DNA from: an uncultured Verrucomicrobiota bacterium
GTDB lineage: Bacteria; Verrucomicrobiota; Kiritimatiellia; CAIQIC01; Lenti-01
DNA: 51,805 nt
Reading direction: 5' to 3'
Assembly (NCBI GenBank): GCA_964397035.1
Contig: CAYNHA010000014.1
Location: forward strand, 1-51,805
Both the position numbers and the translations under genes were made by a program. Shown here one piece after another: positions 34,510 through 42,946 of the stretch (position 1 is the first letter of the stretch; every line of letters starts with the position of its first letter). The notes beneath the pieces were generated by a model. It was not told where the DNA came from and made no database searches. It saw only the letters and a list, made by a program, of their open reading frames with translations.

Positions 34510-34911
34510 CTACTCCGCCACCAGCGCGTCGGAGTAGCGGTCGGTGTCGGCCTGCAGGAACATGTTGTCCATCTTCAGGCAATTCTTGGGGCACACTTCC
34601 GTGCATTGGCCGCAGGCGATGCACTGGCCCCGGAACAGACGGATCTTCTTTTTTCCGGGAATCATCTCGATGGCATGCGCCGGACAAACCTTGATGCACA
34701 TCTGGCAGCCGATGCAGGTCTCACGCTCGTAGACAATCCGATAGCGCGCCGTTTCCGGAACCGGAACCGGCGGATTCATCTGCACCTTGCCTTCGCCCAC
34801 GGCTTTCAGGAAGTCCGTCATGGACTCCGGCAAGCGCTTCGCCGGAAAGGGATTCGTCGCGGGCTTGCAGACCAGAGACTTCAGCAGTTCGCCGACCATG
34901 GGAAAGTTCAT
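34510..34911 (-). CDS. mbhN: Mbh hydrogenase 2x[4Fe-4S] ferredoxin-like subunit (MbhN/NuoI-like)
   Basis: Two CxxCxxCxxxCP motifs are present (CIGCQMCIKVCP, CIACGQCTEVCP). It is the last gene of the cluster. Confidence 0.8.
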   Translation of the reverse strand: MNFPMVGELLKSLVCKPATNPFPAKRLPESMTDFLKAVGEGKVQMNPPVPVPETARYRIVYERETCIGCQMCIKVCPAHAIEMIPGKKKIRLFRGQCIACGQCTEVCPKNCLKMDNMFLQADTDRYSDALVAE

Positions 34912-34929
34912 CGCGTGCTCTCTTCTTTC

Positions 34930-35928
34930 TTAGATCCGGGCATCCAGCATCACCAGCAGCAACGCCGCCAGAGCGGCCAGGCCAATCCACTTCCAATAGG
35001 CTTCCACCACTTCGGTGATGCGCAGGCGCGCCACCGAGGCCCGGAGCAGGCTGACCCCGAAGAACATGAAAACGCCCGATTTCGCCACGAAAAACAGGAA
35101 ATCGCCGATGGCGCCCAGAGGTCCGGGCAGCGCAATCCACTGGCTCAGGTTCCAGGGCGCAAACAACGCCACCATCAGCGCGCAAAACACCACGCTCTTC
35201 ACCGCCAGCGCCAACTGGAACAATGCCAGGCTGCGGCCGGAATATTCCACCAGCAATCCGCCCGCCAATTCCGTTTCCGCTTCGGGCGAGTCGAAGGGAA
35301 TGCGTCCCAATTCGCCCGGTGCCACCAGCAGCATCACGCCCAGCAGCAGAAAAACACCCAGTCCGCCCAGGGGCCCCACCGTGGTCCAAATCGGATTCGC
35401 CGCCATGGTCCCCAGCGAAAACGGCTGGTCGATGCCCAGCGAAGCCAGCTTCCAGGCAAACGTCAGCACCACGGTCGCCAGGGGCAGCTCGTAGGACAGC
35501 ATCGTCACCATTTCGCGCTGGGCGCCGATCGAGGCGTAGGGACTGCCCGAGGCAAAGCCACCCACCACCATGGCCAGCCCCGGAACCAGCAGCAAATACA
35601 AAACTAGGATGGAATCGCCTCGCCCCTCGAAGACCGGAAGCGGGCCGAGTCCTCCCAAGGGAACGTAGAACAACAACGTAATCGCTCCCGCCAACGACAG
35701 CACCGGCGCAAAACGGAACACGCCCGCCACCGCGTTGCTCGGCACCATGTCCTGCTTCACCAGCAGCTTGAGGGTGTCCAGAAACGGCTGGATCAGCGGG
35801 GGCCCAATGCGCGACTGCATTCTTGCCACCAGAATCCGGTCCACGCCCGAAAAGAAGAGCCCCAGCACGATCCCGAAGACGGACAGTCCCGCCGTCCACA
35901 GCAGCGCATGAATCACGTTCCAAGCCAT
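34930..35928 (-). CDS. mbhM: Mbh hydrogenase membrane subunit (MbhM/NuoH/HycD-like)
   Basis: VDRILVARMQSRIGPP matches the NuoH/HycD N-terminal signature. The protein is polytopic. Confidence 0.85.
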   Translation of the reverse strand: MAWNVIHALLWTAGLSVFGIVLGLFFSGVDRILVARMQSRIGPPLIQPFLDTLKLLVKQDMVPSNAVAGVFRFAPVLSLAGAITLLFYVPLGGLGPLPVFEGRGDSILVLYLLLVPGLAMVVGGFASGSPYASIGAQREMVTMLSYELPLATVVLTFAWKLASLGIDQPFSLGTMAANPIWTTVGPLGGLGVFLLLGVMLLVAPGELGRIPFDSPEAETELAGGLLVEYSGRSLALFQLALAVKSVVFCALMVALFAPWNLSQWIALPGPLGAIGDFLFFVAKSGVFMFFGVSLLRASVARLRITEVVEAYWKWIGLAALAALLLVMLDARI

Positions 35929-35931
35929 GGA

Positions 35932-37170
35932 TCAGCCCTCGCCTTTCAGCTTTGCCTGAATCTCGCGCGTACGGGCCACCGACAGCCGCGTCAGGTCTTC
36001 CTTGGTCATCACGCGGCCGCCGCCATCGCCGGCCAGCATCACGCGGTCCGTGCAGGAAATGCACGGATCGATGGAGGCCGCGATGATCGGGATGTCCGCG
36101 ACCTGTTCGCCCTCCAGCATGGGAACCCACGACATGTAGTTGCTGTAGGAGGAAGCCTTGACCTTCCACGAAACGGGCGCTTCCGCCCCGTCCATCCGCA
36201 CGTAGTGGGCCACTTCGCCGCGCGGCGCCTCGTGCAATCCCACCGCCTCGCCCTTGGCCTTCTTGAGCTGGGCCAGCAGCACCATGATCTTGGGCACTGC
36301 TTCGGTCGGGCCTTCCGGCAACCGCACCAGGAATTCCCGGATCAGCACAATGGACTGGCGCAGCTCGAACACGCGCGTCACGATGCGGTCATACACGTCG
36401 CCGCGGGTTTCGCCCATGTAGTCGACGGGCAGCACCGCCTTCACCTTCACGTCCGAATACGCCGCATAGGGATGATCCTGGCGGACGTCGCCCGGCACGC
36501 CCGAGGCCCGCGCCGTCGGTCCGACCGCGCACAGTTCCAGCGCCTGCTTGGCCGTCAGCACGCCGACGTCCCGGCAACGGATCTTCACGCTGGAGTCTTC
36601 CAGAAACGCCTTGCGCAACTGGTCGAAGACGCTTTCGTAGAACGAGAGCGCCTCTTCGATCTTCGTGATCATGGCGGCATCCAGGTTGCGGCGGACGCCG
36701 CCGATCTGCACCACCGAATAGTGGACGCGGCTGCCCACGAAATCCTCCATCAGATCCATCACCCGCTCGCGGGCCCGCCAGGTCAGGTAGAACAGCGAAT
36801 CGAATCCCAGCTCGTGCGCCGCCACGCCCGCCCACAGCAAATGCGAATGGATGCGCTCCAATTCGCAGGCGATCGACCGGATGTAGTGGGCGCGGGCGGG
36901 AACGCGGATCTGCGCGATCTGCTCCACGGCCCGCGAAAACGCCAGCGCATGGGTGATGCCGCAGATGCCGCAAATGCGCTCCGCCAAATACAGCACCTGA
37001 ATGGGATTGCGGCGCATGCCCATCCATTCGATGCCGCGGTGCGCCTGTCCCGGCGCGAAATCCGCCTTCACGATGCGCTCGCCGCGCAAATCGAACGAAA
37101 GCTGCACGGGCTCCTTGAACGCCGGATGCGTCGGACCCACCGTGGTCTGGAAGGTGATCACCTTGCTCAT
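35932..37170 (-). CDS. mbhL: Group 4 [NiFe]-hydrogenase large subunit (MbhL/NuoD-like) with all four Ni-Fe ligating cysteines
   Basis: N-terminal RICGICGITH and C-terminal DPCISCTDR motifs are both present. Confidence 0.9.
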   Translation of the reverse strand: MSKVITFQTTVGPTHPAFKEPVQLSFDLRGERIVKADFAPGQAHRGIEWMGMRRNPIQVLYLAERICGICGITHALAFSRAVEQIAQIRVPARAHYIRSIACELERIHSHLLWAGVAAHELGFDSLFYLTWRARERVMDLMEDFVGSRVHYSVVQIGGVRRNLDAAMITKIEEALSFYESVFDQLRKAFLEDSSVKIRCRDVGVLTAKQALELCAVGPTARASGVPGDVRQDHPYAAYSDVKVKAVLPVDYMGETRGDVYDRIVTRVFELRQSIVLIREFLVRLPEGPTEAVPKIMVLLAQLKKAKGEAVGLHEAPRGEVAHYVRMDGAEAPVSWKVKASSYSNYMSWVPMLEGEQVADIPIIAASIDPCISCTDRVMLAGDGGGRVMTKEDLTRLSVARTREIQAKLKGEG

Positions 37171-37856
37171 GGCGCAGCTCCTTCGCTCCCGGCCGCCGGC
37201 GTGGCCGCAGCCACAGCAGCCTCGGCCGCCTGCTTCTCGGCCTCGGCCCGGGCCGTCGCCTTTGCATCGAATTCACCGCGTCCGGTGGCCCACAGGTTTT
37301 TCGTCATGTTCGGTGTCGGTCCCGTTTCATCCTTGCGCCACGGATAGACACCCTGCGGGAAGTCGTCAGGCAGGAACATCCGGCGGCCATCGGGAATATT
37401 GGCCACCCGCACGCCTATCATTTCCTGCTTTTCACGCTCGCTGAGCAGCACGCCGGGGATCAAATCGCTCAAGGTGTCGACCACGGGGTCGGCCTTGGGC
37501 AGCACCGCCGTCACCGTCACCAGAATTTCCTGACGGAGAACGCCCACGTAGATGCGGAACACATAGGGAAGCTCGATGGTCTCGCCCAGATCCGTCGCCG
37601 CAATCACCACGAAATGGGGATAATGGATTTCGGTCAGCCGCTTCGCCACGGCGCGCAAACCCTCGCGCCCAATGCGGATCCACACCTGGCGGTACGGGGC
37701 GCCCGAGTCGCCTTCCGTCCATTCTGCCGTGCGCCCATCCATGAAGTGCGATCCCGCCGCCGCCGTCAGCGTCTCCAGCACTTGCGCGGGAGTCATCAAC
37801 TGCGCGGGGACGGCCAATCGCGGATCGTCCACCCATTTTTTACCGGTTTCGTTCAT
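37167..37856 (-). CDS. mbhK: Mbh hydrogenase NuoC-like subunit (MbhK) with an Ala/Glu-rich C-terminal tail
   Basis: The position and NuoC-like core fit (HFVVIAATDLGETIELPYVF..., SEREKQEMIGVRV). It overlaps both neighbours by 4 nt. The ~45-aa tail is KATARAEAEKQAAEAAVAAATPAAGSEGAAP. Confidence 0.75.
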   Translation of the reverse strand: MNETGKKWVDDPRLAVPAQLMTPAQVLETLTAAAGSHFMDGRTAEWTEGDSGAPYRQVWIRIGREGLRAVAKRLTEIHYPHFVVIAATDLGETIELPYVFRIYVGVLRQEILVTVTAVLPKADPVVDTLSDLIPGVLLSEREKQEMIGVRVANIPDGRRMFLPDDFPQGVYPWRKDETGPTPNMTKNLWATGRGEFDAKATARAEAEKQAAEAAVAAATPAAGSEGAAP

Positions 37857-38287
37857 GCTTCGGACTTCTCCAGTTTTTCAAGCGCCTTGGCGATGCCGTG
37901 GACGATGGCTTCGGGACGGGGCGGACAACCGGGCACGTAGACATCCACCGGCACCACCTCGCCCACCGGTCCCGCCAGCGCATAGGAGTCGTAGAACGCG
38001 CCGCCGCTGACCCCGCAGGTGCCCACGCACACCACCAGGCGCGGCTCCGGCATCTGGTCATAGACCATCTTCAGGCGGGGCGCCATTTTCAGCGTCACCG
38101 GGCCCGACACCACCAGCACGTCCGCGTGCCGTGGCGACCCCACGAGCTTGATTCCAAACCGCTCCACGTCGTAGCGCGGCGTCACCAGCGCGACGTTTTC
38201 GATGTCGCACCCGTTGCAGGAGCCGGTGTTGCAAAAATAGACCCACAGGGACCGGCCCAGCGTCTTGGACAATTTCAACTTCATCAT
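37853..38287 (-). CDS. mbhJ: Group 4 hydrogenase small subunit (MbhJ/NuoB-like, one [4Fe-4S])
   Basis: 144 aa from ATG 38287. Motifs: CNGCDIE, VSGPVT, GTCGVSGG, VPGCPPRPEA. Confidence 0.85.
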   Translation of the reverse strand: MMKLKLSKTLGRSLWVYFCNTGSCNGCDIENVALVTPRYDVERFGIKLVGSPRHADVLVVSGPVTLKMAPRLKMVYDQMPEPRLVVCVGTCGVSGGAFYDSYALAGPVGEVVPVDVYVPGCPPRPEAIVHGIAKALEKLEKSEA

Positions 38288-38625
38288 GCCCACCCTGCGG
38301 CCATCAGCACCGCCAATACGACCAAAAACCACATCACGTAGTCCGTCAGCACCCCGGAATGGAACTCCATCAGGCGGCTGTAATATCCGCGCAAGGCTTC
38401 CAAAAAGCCCCAATACATGTGCGAAGCGGCCACCCGCGCATCCTCGGGATTTGCCAAATCGTTTCCGGAAATGAACGGCTTCTGCGAATCGCCGCCCGTG
38501 CGCGTGTCGCCGCGACCGACCGAGCGGATCCAGAGGGCCACGCCCACGGATGCCACGAACACCAGTACCCACGGACGGGCGCTCCACCCGCCGTGGTTGG
38601 TTTGCAGCGTCGCCAGAAAAAGCAT
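38284..38625 (-). CDS. mbhI: Small membrane subunit (MbhI-like by position)
   Basis: 113 aa from ATG 38625 with hydrophobic N- and C-terminal helices. It sits between the MrpD-like and NuoB-like genes, as mbhI does in Pyrococcus furiosus. It overlaps mbhJ by 4 nt. Confidence 0.55.
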   Translation of the reverse strand: MLFLATLQTNHGGWSARPWVLVFVASVGVALWIRSVGRGDTRTGGDSQKPFISGNDLANPEDARVAASHMYWGFLEALRGYYSRLMEFHSGVLTDYVMWFLVVLAVLMAAGWA

Positions 38626-38630
38626 TGCGT

Positions 38631-40208
38631 TCACATCGCACCTCCCGGCGCCAGATACGCCGCCCGCTGGATCAAGGCATCCGCCGCCGGCAACAGCAGG
38701 CGGTCCATCGCCACCTCGGGATACACGCCGATCCAAATCGTCGCGAGGGCCAGCATCGCCATCGGCACCAGCAGGGTCCACGGCACTTCGCGCACCTCCG
38801 CGAACGCGGCGCGGCGCGGCCCCAGAAACATCGCCTGGAAAACCTTCACGAAGCTGGCCAGCGTCAGCAGGCTCACCACCATCGCCACGATGCTCAGGAA
38901 CGGGCTGAACTTGAACACCGACTCATACAGCGCCAGCTTGGAGGCGAACCCGCTCATCGGCGGAATGCCCGCGATGGCCAGTGCGCCCACGCCGAAGCAG
39001 ACCATCGTCCACGGCATGGCGTGGCCCAACCCTCCCATGTCGTTCAAGTCGCGCTTGCCGGTGCGATAGATCACCGCGCCCGCGCCCAGAAACAGCAGGC
39101 CGTTGTAGAGCGCATAGTTCACCATGTGGAACAGACTGCCCGCCAGCGCCACGCGCCCGAAGGAAGCCACCTTCGCCGGATCGCCCAGCACCGCCAGGCA
39201 TACGCCCGCGCCCAGCAGCATGTAGCCGGTCTGCGAAACCGCGTGGTGCGAAATCAGCCGTTTCACGTCGTGCTGCGGAATGGCCATCGTCACGCCGATG
39301 AACATCGACAGCGTCGCCAGGATCACGATTCCCCATCCCACCGTGGCCCAATTCATCGAAAGGCCGAACAGCGTGAAGCACACCCGGAACAAGCCATACA
39401 GGCACGCCTGACTCGACACCAGCAGAAAGGCCGACACCGGCGACGGCGCGCGGGAATACGTGTCCGGCACCCAGTGGTGCATCGGCACCGCGCCGCACTT
39501 CATCGCCATCGGCACCGCCATCAGCGCCATGGCCACGGCATTCGCCCGCGTGAAGCCGCTGGCGTCGATGGCCTTCGCCAGTGCCGCCATGTTCAGGACG
39601 TTGTGCTGCGCCAGCAAAATGCCCACGCCCAGCAGGAACGACAACCCGCCCAGCGTGCTGATGGCCGCGTACTTCAGTCCCGCTTCCGCCGCCAGCCCCT
39701 TGTCGATGCGGTACGCCGTCAGCGCCGCCCCCGACAACGACGCGATTTCCAGGAACACAAAGAAGTTGAAGATGTCGCCCGTGGCCGCCATTCCGTAGAC
39801 GCCCGCAACCAGCAGGAGGAACAAGGGAAAGAAGTAGTTCTGCCCCGTGGCCATCTCCTCGCTGCGCAGCGCATAGATGGATGCCGCCAGCGACGACAGC
39901 GCCGTCACCACCAGCATCATCGCGCCGATGGCATCAATGTGGAAAATAATCCGCACCGGAATCCCGCCGCTGTCCGGAGGAACGATTCCATCCAGCCGGG
40001 AAGCCACGCCGAACACATAGGACACCGGTCCCTCGCCCAGGACCCGCGCCGCCAGCGACAGTGCAAACAGCGCCGCCAGCGCCACGGCGCCGAAGAAGAC
40101 GCCATCGCGGTGCTTCGCGCCCCAGGAGGACACCACCATCAGGAGAAACGCTCCCAGCAAGGGAACGGCCACGATCAACGCGGGCGAATGGAAAAACAGC
40201 GTACTCAT
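38631..40208 (-). CDS. mbhH: MrpD/NuoL-M-N-type antiporter-like subunit (MbhH)
   Basis: A 525-aa polytopic protein with proton-conducting-membrane-transporter type blocks (WVPDTYSRAPSPVSAFL, ISHHAVSQTGYMLLG). Confidence 0.85.
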   Translation of the reverse strand: MSTLFFHSPALIVAVPLLGAFLLMVVSSWGAKHRDGVFFGAVALAALFALSLAARVLGEGPVSYVFGVASRLDGIVPPDSGGIPVRIIFHIDAIGAMMLVVTALSSLAASIYALRSEEMATGQNYFFPLFLLLVAGVYGMAATGDIFNFFVFLEIASLSGAALTAYRIDKGLAAEAGLKYAAISTLGGLSFLLGVGILLAQHNVLNMAALAKAIDASGFTRANAVAMALMAVPMAMKCGAVPMHHWVPDTYSRAPSPVSAFLLVSSQACLYGLFRVCFTLFGLSMNWATVGWGIVILATLSMFIGVTMAIPQHDVKRLISHHAVSQTGYMLLGAGVCLAVLGDPAKVASFGRVALAGSLFHMVNYALYNGLLFLGAGAVIYRTGKRDLNDMGGLGHAMPWTMVCFGVGALAIAGIPPMSGFASKLALYESVFKFSPFLSIVAMVVSLLTLASFVKVFQAMFLGPRRAAFAEVREVPWTLLVPMAMLALATIWIGVYPEVAMDRLLLPAADALIQRAAYLAPGGAM

Positions 40209-40564
40209 TCCCTCAGCTTCCTCGCCTTGTTCACGTCCAGCGTGCCGTAATGCCGGTACATAATGATCACGAACGACAGCATCATCGCCGTTGTCGCCAG
40301 TCCGATCACGATCGCCGTCAGCGTCAGCGCCTGCACCGTCGGCAGCACCATCCGCACCCCTTCCTGCGCGTTCGTGTAGATGGGCGCGATTCCGCCGCTC
40401 CGGTATCCGCCGGACACCAGGAACAAATTAACCGCCGATTCCACCAGCGTCAGCCCCATCAGCATCTTGATGAGGTTCCGCCGCCTCAGCACCACCGACA
40501 GCCCGATCAGCAGGATCAGCGCCGACGCGAACAGCGGCGGATTGGAAAACAGGTTAGTCCACAT
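40205..40564 (-). CDS. mbhG: MrpC/NuoK-like subunit (MbhG)
   Basis: 119 aa with 3 TM helices. LIKMLMGLTLVESAVNLFLV matches the MnhC/NuoK pattern. Confidence 0.75.
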   Translation of the reverse strand: MWTNLFSNPPLFASALILLIGLSVVLRRRNLIKMLMGLTLVESAVNLFLVSGGYRSGGIAPIYTNAQEGVRMVLPTVQALTLTAIVIGLATTAMMLSFVIIMYRHYGTLDVNKARKLRE

Positions 40565-41021
40565 GGGTGTTCTCCTTCATCGCCCGAATCATCTGGATCA
40601 GGATGATGGCAATGCCCCCCAGCACTTCCACGCCCACCGCCAGGTTCATCAGCGGCACCGTGCCGCCGGTGTTCAAGTTGCCCGGATTGGGTCCCTGCGC
40701 CACCGCGTCGCCAAACCAGCCGCCCGTCCCCGCCAGCCAGTTGTGGAAAAACGTCCCGCCATGGAAAAGGCCGCCGAACGCCAGCGCCGCGAACAGCAGC
40801 AGACCCGCCGCCTCGATCCATTTGTAGCGTTTGTATTTCCGCGCGCGGTCCTCTTCCGTGAACATTCCCGAGACGATCATCAGCGCCGCGCCCGTCGCCA
40901 TGACCGCGCCGCCCTGGAATCCTCCGCCCGGGGTCAAATGCCCGTGCGCCACCACGTAGAGCCCGAAGACCAGGCAGAACGGATAGAACACGCAAGCGAT
41001 GAAGCCGACGATCCTACTCAT
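40554..41021 (-). CDS. mbhF: MrpB-like subunit (MbhF)
   Basis: ATG 41021. The GHLTPGGGFQGGAV motif is typical of MnhB/MrpB. Confidence 0.75.
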   Translation of the reverse strand: MSRIVGFIACVFYPFCLVFGLYVVAHGHLTPGGGFQGGAVMATGAALMIVSGMFTEEDRARKYKRYKWIEAAGLLLFAALAFGGLFHGGTFFHNWLAGTGGWFGDAVAQGPNPGNLNTGGTVPLMNLAVGVEVLGGIAIILIQMIRAMKENTHVD

Positions 41022-41298
41022 CTTCCATCTCCTCCCCCGCGCGCATCTTCCGCAAAACCATGCCCACCCCCAGCACCGCCGTGAACAAAACCGTCGCCTC
41101 GCCCAGCGTGTCGAATCCGCGGTAGTCGAACACAATGGCCGTCACCACGTTGTTCGATCCCGTATCCCGCTGCGAGTTCTTCAGGAAATATTCGTCCATC
41201 GCCGGATTCTTCGGCTCGCCATACGGCAAGTCTGCCGCCACGGAAAGCAATCCGGCGCCCAGCACCAGCAATGAAAGGGACTTCACGATTGTTTTCAT
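41014..41298 (-). CDS. mbhE: MbhE-like small subunit (MnhB-domain, MrpA C-terminal-region-like)
   Basis: The NVVTAIVFDYRGFDTLGEATVLF motif is present. Confidence 0.7.
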   Translation of the reverse strand: MKTIVKSLSLLVLGAGLLSVAADLPYGEPKNPAMDEYFLKNSQRDTGSNNVVTAIVFDYRGFDTLGEATVLFTAVLGVGMVLRKMRAGEEMEDE

Positions 41299-41555
41299 TC
41301 GCCCCGGTCCTCCCGGCGACGCGTCGCGCGAATCGCCACCATGAAAATCGCCGTCGTCAGGCCCGCGCCGATTCCCGCCTCCGCAATCGCCACGTCCGGC
41401 GCCTGCAGCAGATAGTACTCCAGCGCCATCATCAGGCTGAAGGCCGCCAGCGCGATGGCCGCCACCATCAGGTCACGCACCCGCAGCACCAGGATCGACA
41501 TCAGCACCATGCCCAGCAGCAGGGCCCCGTGCAAAACCGCCCACAAACCGCTCAT
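41295..41555 (-). CDS. mbhD: MbhD-like small membrane subunit (DUF4040-like)
   Basis: 86 aa from ATG 41555 with 3 TM helices. It overlaps the mrpG-like stop by 4 nt. The assignment rests mainly on position. Confidence 0.6.
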   Translation of the reverse strand: MSGLWAVLHGALLLGMVLMSILVLRVRDLMVAAIALAAFSLMMALEYYLLQAPDVAIAEAGIGAGLTTAIFMVAIRATRRREDRGE

Positions 41556-41944
41556 GTCGGCTCCTCCTTGGGCGCAGGCTCCTCGGTCGCGGGCTGGGCC
41601 AATCGGTCCACCACCACCTGCGCCGGCTTGCATCCCATGTGGTACGCCGCACGCGCGATGGCATGGGCGCCCGTGGCATTGGTCAGCGCCAGCACCACCA
41701 CCGCGAAAACCGTGTGCACCGCCAGGTTCACGTATTGGCCGTCGCCCGTCGCCGCCAGTGACCGCAGCGCCCAGATCACCACCGCCAGCGAGGTGAAAAT
41801 GGTGCCAAAGGTCGTCGCCTTCGTATCCGCATGCAACCGGGTGTACACGTCGGGGAAGCGCAGGATGCCGATCACCCCCATCGTGTTGAAAAACAAGCCA
41901 ATCAGCACCGAAACCGCCGTCAAGATGTTCAGCAACGTCACCAT
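41552..41944 (-). CDS. mbhC: MrpG/MnhG-like subunit (MbhC)
   Basis: ATG 41944. The motif is GVIGILRFPDVYTRLHADTKATTFG. Confidence 0.75.
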   Translation of the reverse strand: MVTLLNILTAVSVLIGLFFNTMGVIGILRFPDVYTRLHADTKATTFGTIFTSLAVVIWALRSLAATGDGQYVNLAVHTVFAVVVLALTNATGAHAIARAAYHMGCKPAQVVVDRLAQPATEEPAPKEEPT

Positions 41945-41948
41945 GCGC

Positions 41949-42209
41949 TCACCGGTATCCCTTTTCGATCGCCTTGGCGATATAGAGCGTGCCCACGTAG
42001 GACAGCAGCGCATACACGATCGCCACGTCCACGAAAATCGTCTGGTGCTTGATGGCGCTCAGCAGAATCATCGCCGCCACCACCAGCGTGTTGATCGCGT
42101 CCAGCGCCACCACGCGGTCGGGCTGCGTCGGCCCCCGGAACATCCGGACCAGCGCCGCCACCATCAGCACGCCCATCCAGGCCGTTGCAAACACCATCAA
42201 AGCGGTCAT
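41949..42209 (-). CDS. mbhB: MrpF/MnhF-like subunit (MbhB)
   Basis: 86 aa. The MnhF pattern is VRMFRGPTQPDRVVALDAINTLVV. Confidence 0.75.
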   Translation of the reverse strand: MTALMVFATAWMGVLMVAALVRMFRGPTQPDRVVALDAINTLVVAAMILLSAIKHQTIFVDVAIVYALLSYVGTLYIAKAIEKGYR

Positions 42210-42736
42210 TCCTCAATCCTCCGGATCAGCGATGGACAATCAAACACGCCGAACAACTCCTTGGCCTCGATGGTTTGCCGACTCTCCATCCCCTCGGGCA
42301 CCTGCAACATGTGGACAAACAAACGCCGCGTGGCGGTATCCACGTCCACCGTCAGCGTCCCCGGAGTCAGCGTGATGGAATTCGCCAGCATCACCAGCCC
42401 CCGGTCCGTCTTCATCCCCGTCTCGACTTCCACGATGCCCGTGCGGATGTCGCCCGTGATCACCCGTTTCGCCACGTCCACGTTCGCCTTCGCCATTTCC
42501 ACGAAGAAAGCGCCACACGCATATCCCGCCAGCTTCAGCCAATGCAACGGATTCAGCGAACGGAACTGGACCTCGCGTCCGAAGTACGGAAACGACAGCA
42601 ACGCCGCCAGCACTCCAATGCCGACGCCCAGCTTGATCTCGGCGCCTGCCCACAGCCCGAGAACATCACCCGAACCTGCGGTGAGCAACAAATACACAAT
42701 AAATGCATAGATCCAAGTTGTCAGAAAAGCGGCCAT
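42206..42736 (-). CDS. mbhA: MrpE/MnhE-like subunit (MbhA), first gene of the operon
   Basis: GGAGG lies upstream of ATG 42736. The MnhE motif LANSITLTPGTLTVDV is present. Confidence 0.75.
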   Translation of the reverse strand: MAAFLTTWIYAFIVYLLLTAGSGDVLGLWAGAEIKLGVGIGVLAALLSFPYFGREVQFRSLNPLHWLKLAGYACGAFFVEMAKANVDVAKRVITGDIRTGIVEVETGMKTDRGLVMLANSITLTPGTLTVDVDTATRRLFVHMLQVPEGMESRQTIEAKELFGVFDCPSLIRRIEE

Positions 42737-42797
42737 TGAACCGTTTTACCTCCTCGCGTCCCGCCGAAGGAAAACCTTTTGGCGCGAAAGCGTTCAA

Positions 42798-42827
42798 AAA
42801 CTACCACCACCCCGCTGAATCCGTCAA
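42798..42827 (-). promoter_or_regulatory. Candidate promoter for the mbh operon (TTGACG-18 nt-TAGTTT on the minus strand)
   Basis: The -35 rc is at 42822-42827 and the -10 rc at 42798-42803. The -10 has the same TAGnTT shape as the rpsU candidate. This is a motif match only. Confidence 0.25.
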
Positions 42828-42870
42828 ACATTTGATTTTTCGGCAACGGCGCCAAACAACCCAATTCCGG

Positions 42871-42913
42871 TTTTTCCACACTGTGGAAAAAAGTTTTCCA
42901 CACTATGGAAAAC
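42871..42913. repeat. Paired palindrome element, locus 4 (TTTTTCCACACTGTGGAAAAAA + TTTTCCACACTATGGAAAAC)
   Basis: Read directly. Centres are at 42881 and 42903 (22 bp apart). The pair is 34 nt downstream of the MCP stop (42947) and 135 nt upstream of the mbhA start. Confidence 0.9.
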
Positions 42914-42946
42914 TTTTTCCAGCAGTCTATGCCGCAATCAGATGCG

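Noticed and set aside
35932-37170. Interpreting the 14-gene cluster as an Mbx/MBS-type sulfane reductase, or as a complex-I remnant rather than a hydrogenase.
   Set aside because: The NuoD-like subunit retains both CxxC pairs (RICGICG and DPCISC) that ligate the Ni-Fe site. These are lost in MBS and complex I.
9617-42913. The four paired-palindrome loci considered as a CRISPR-like or MITE-like array.
   Set aside because: There are only two copies per locus, they nearly abut (22-31 bp centre spacing, so no spacer-sized unique inserts), and the loci are 9-15 kb apart. No cas, transposase or target-site duplications are visible. I kept them as a dispersed repeat/regulatory family instead.
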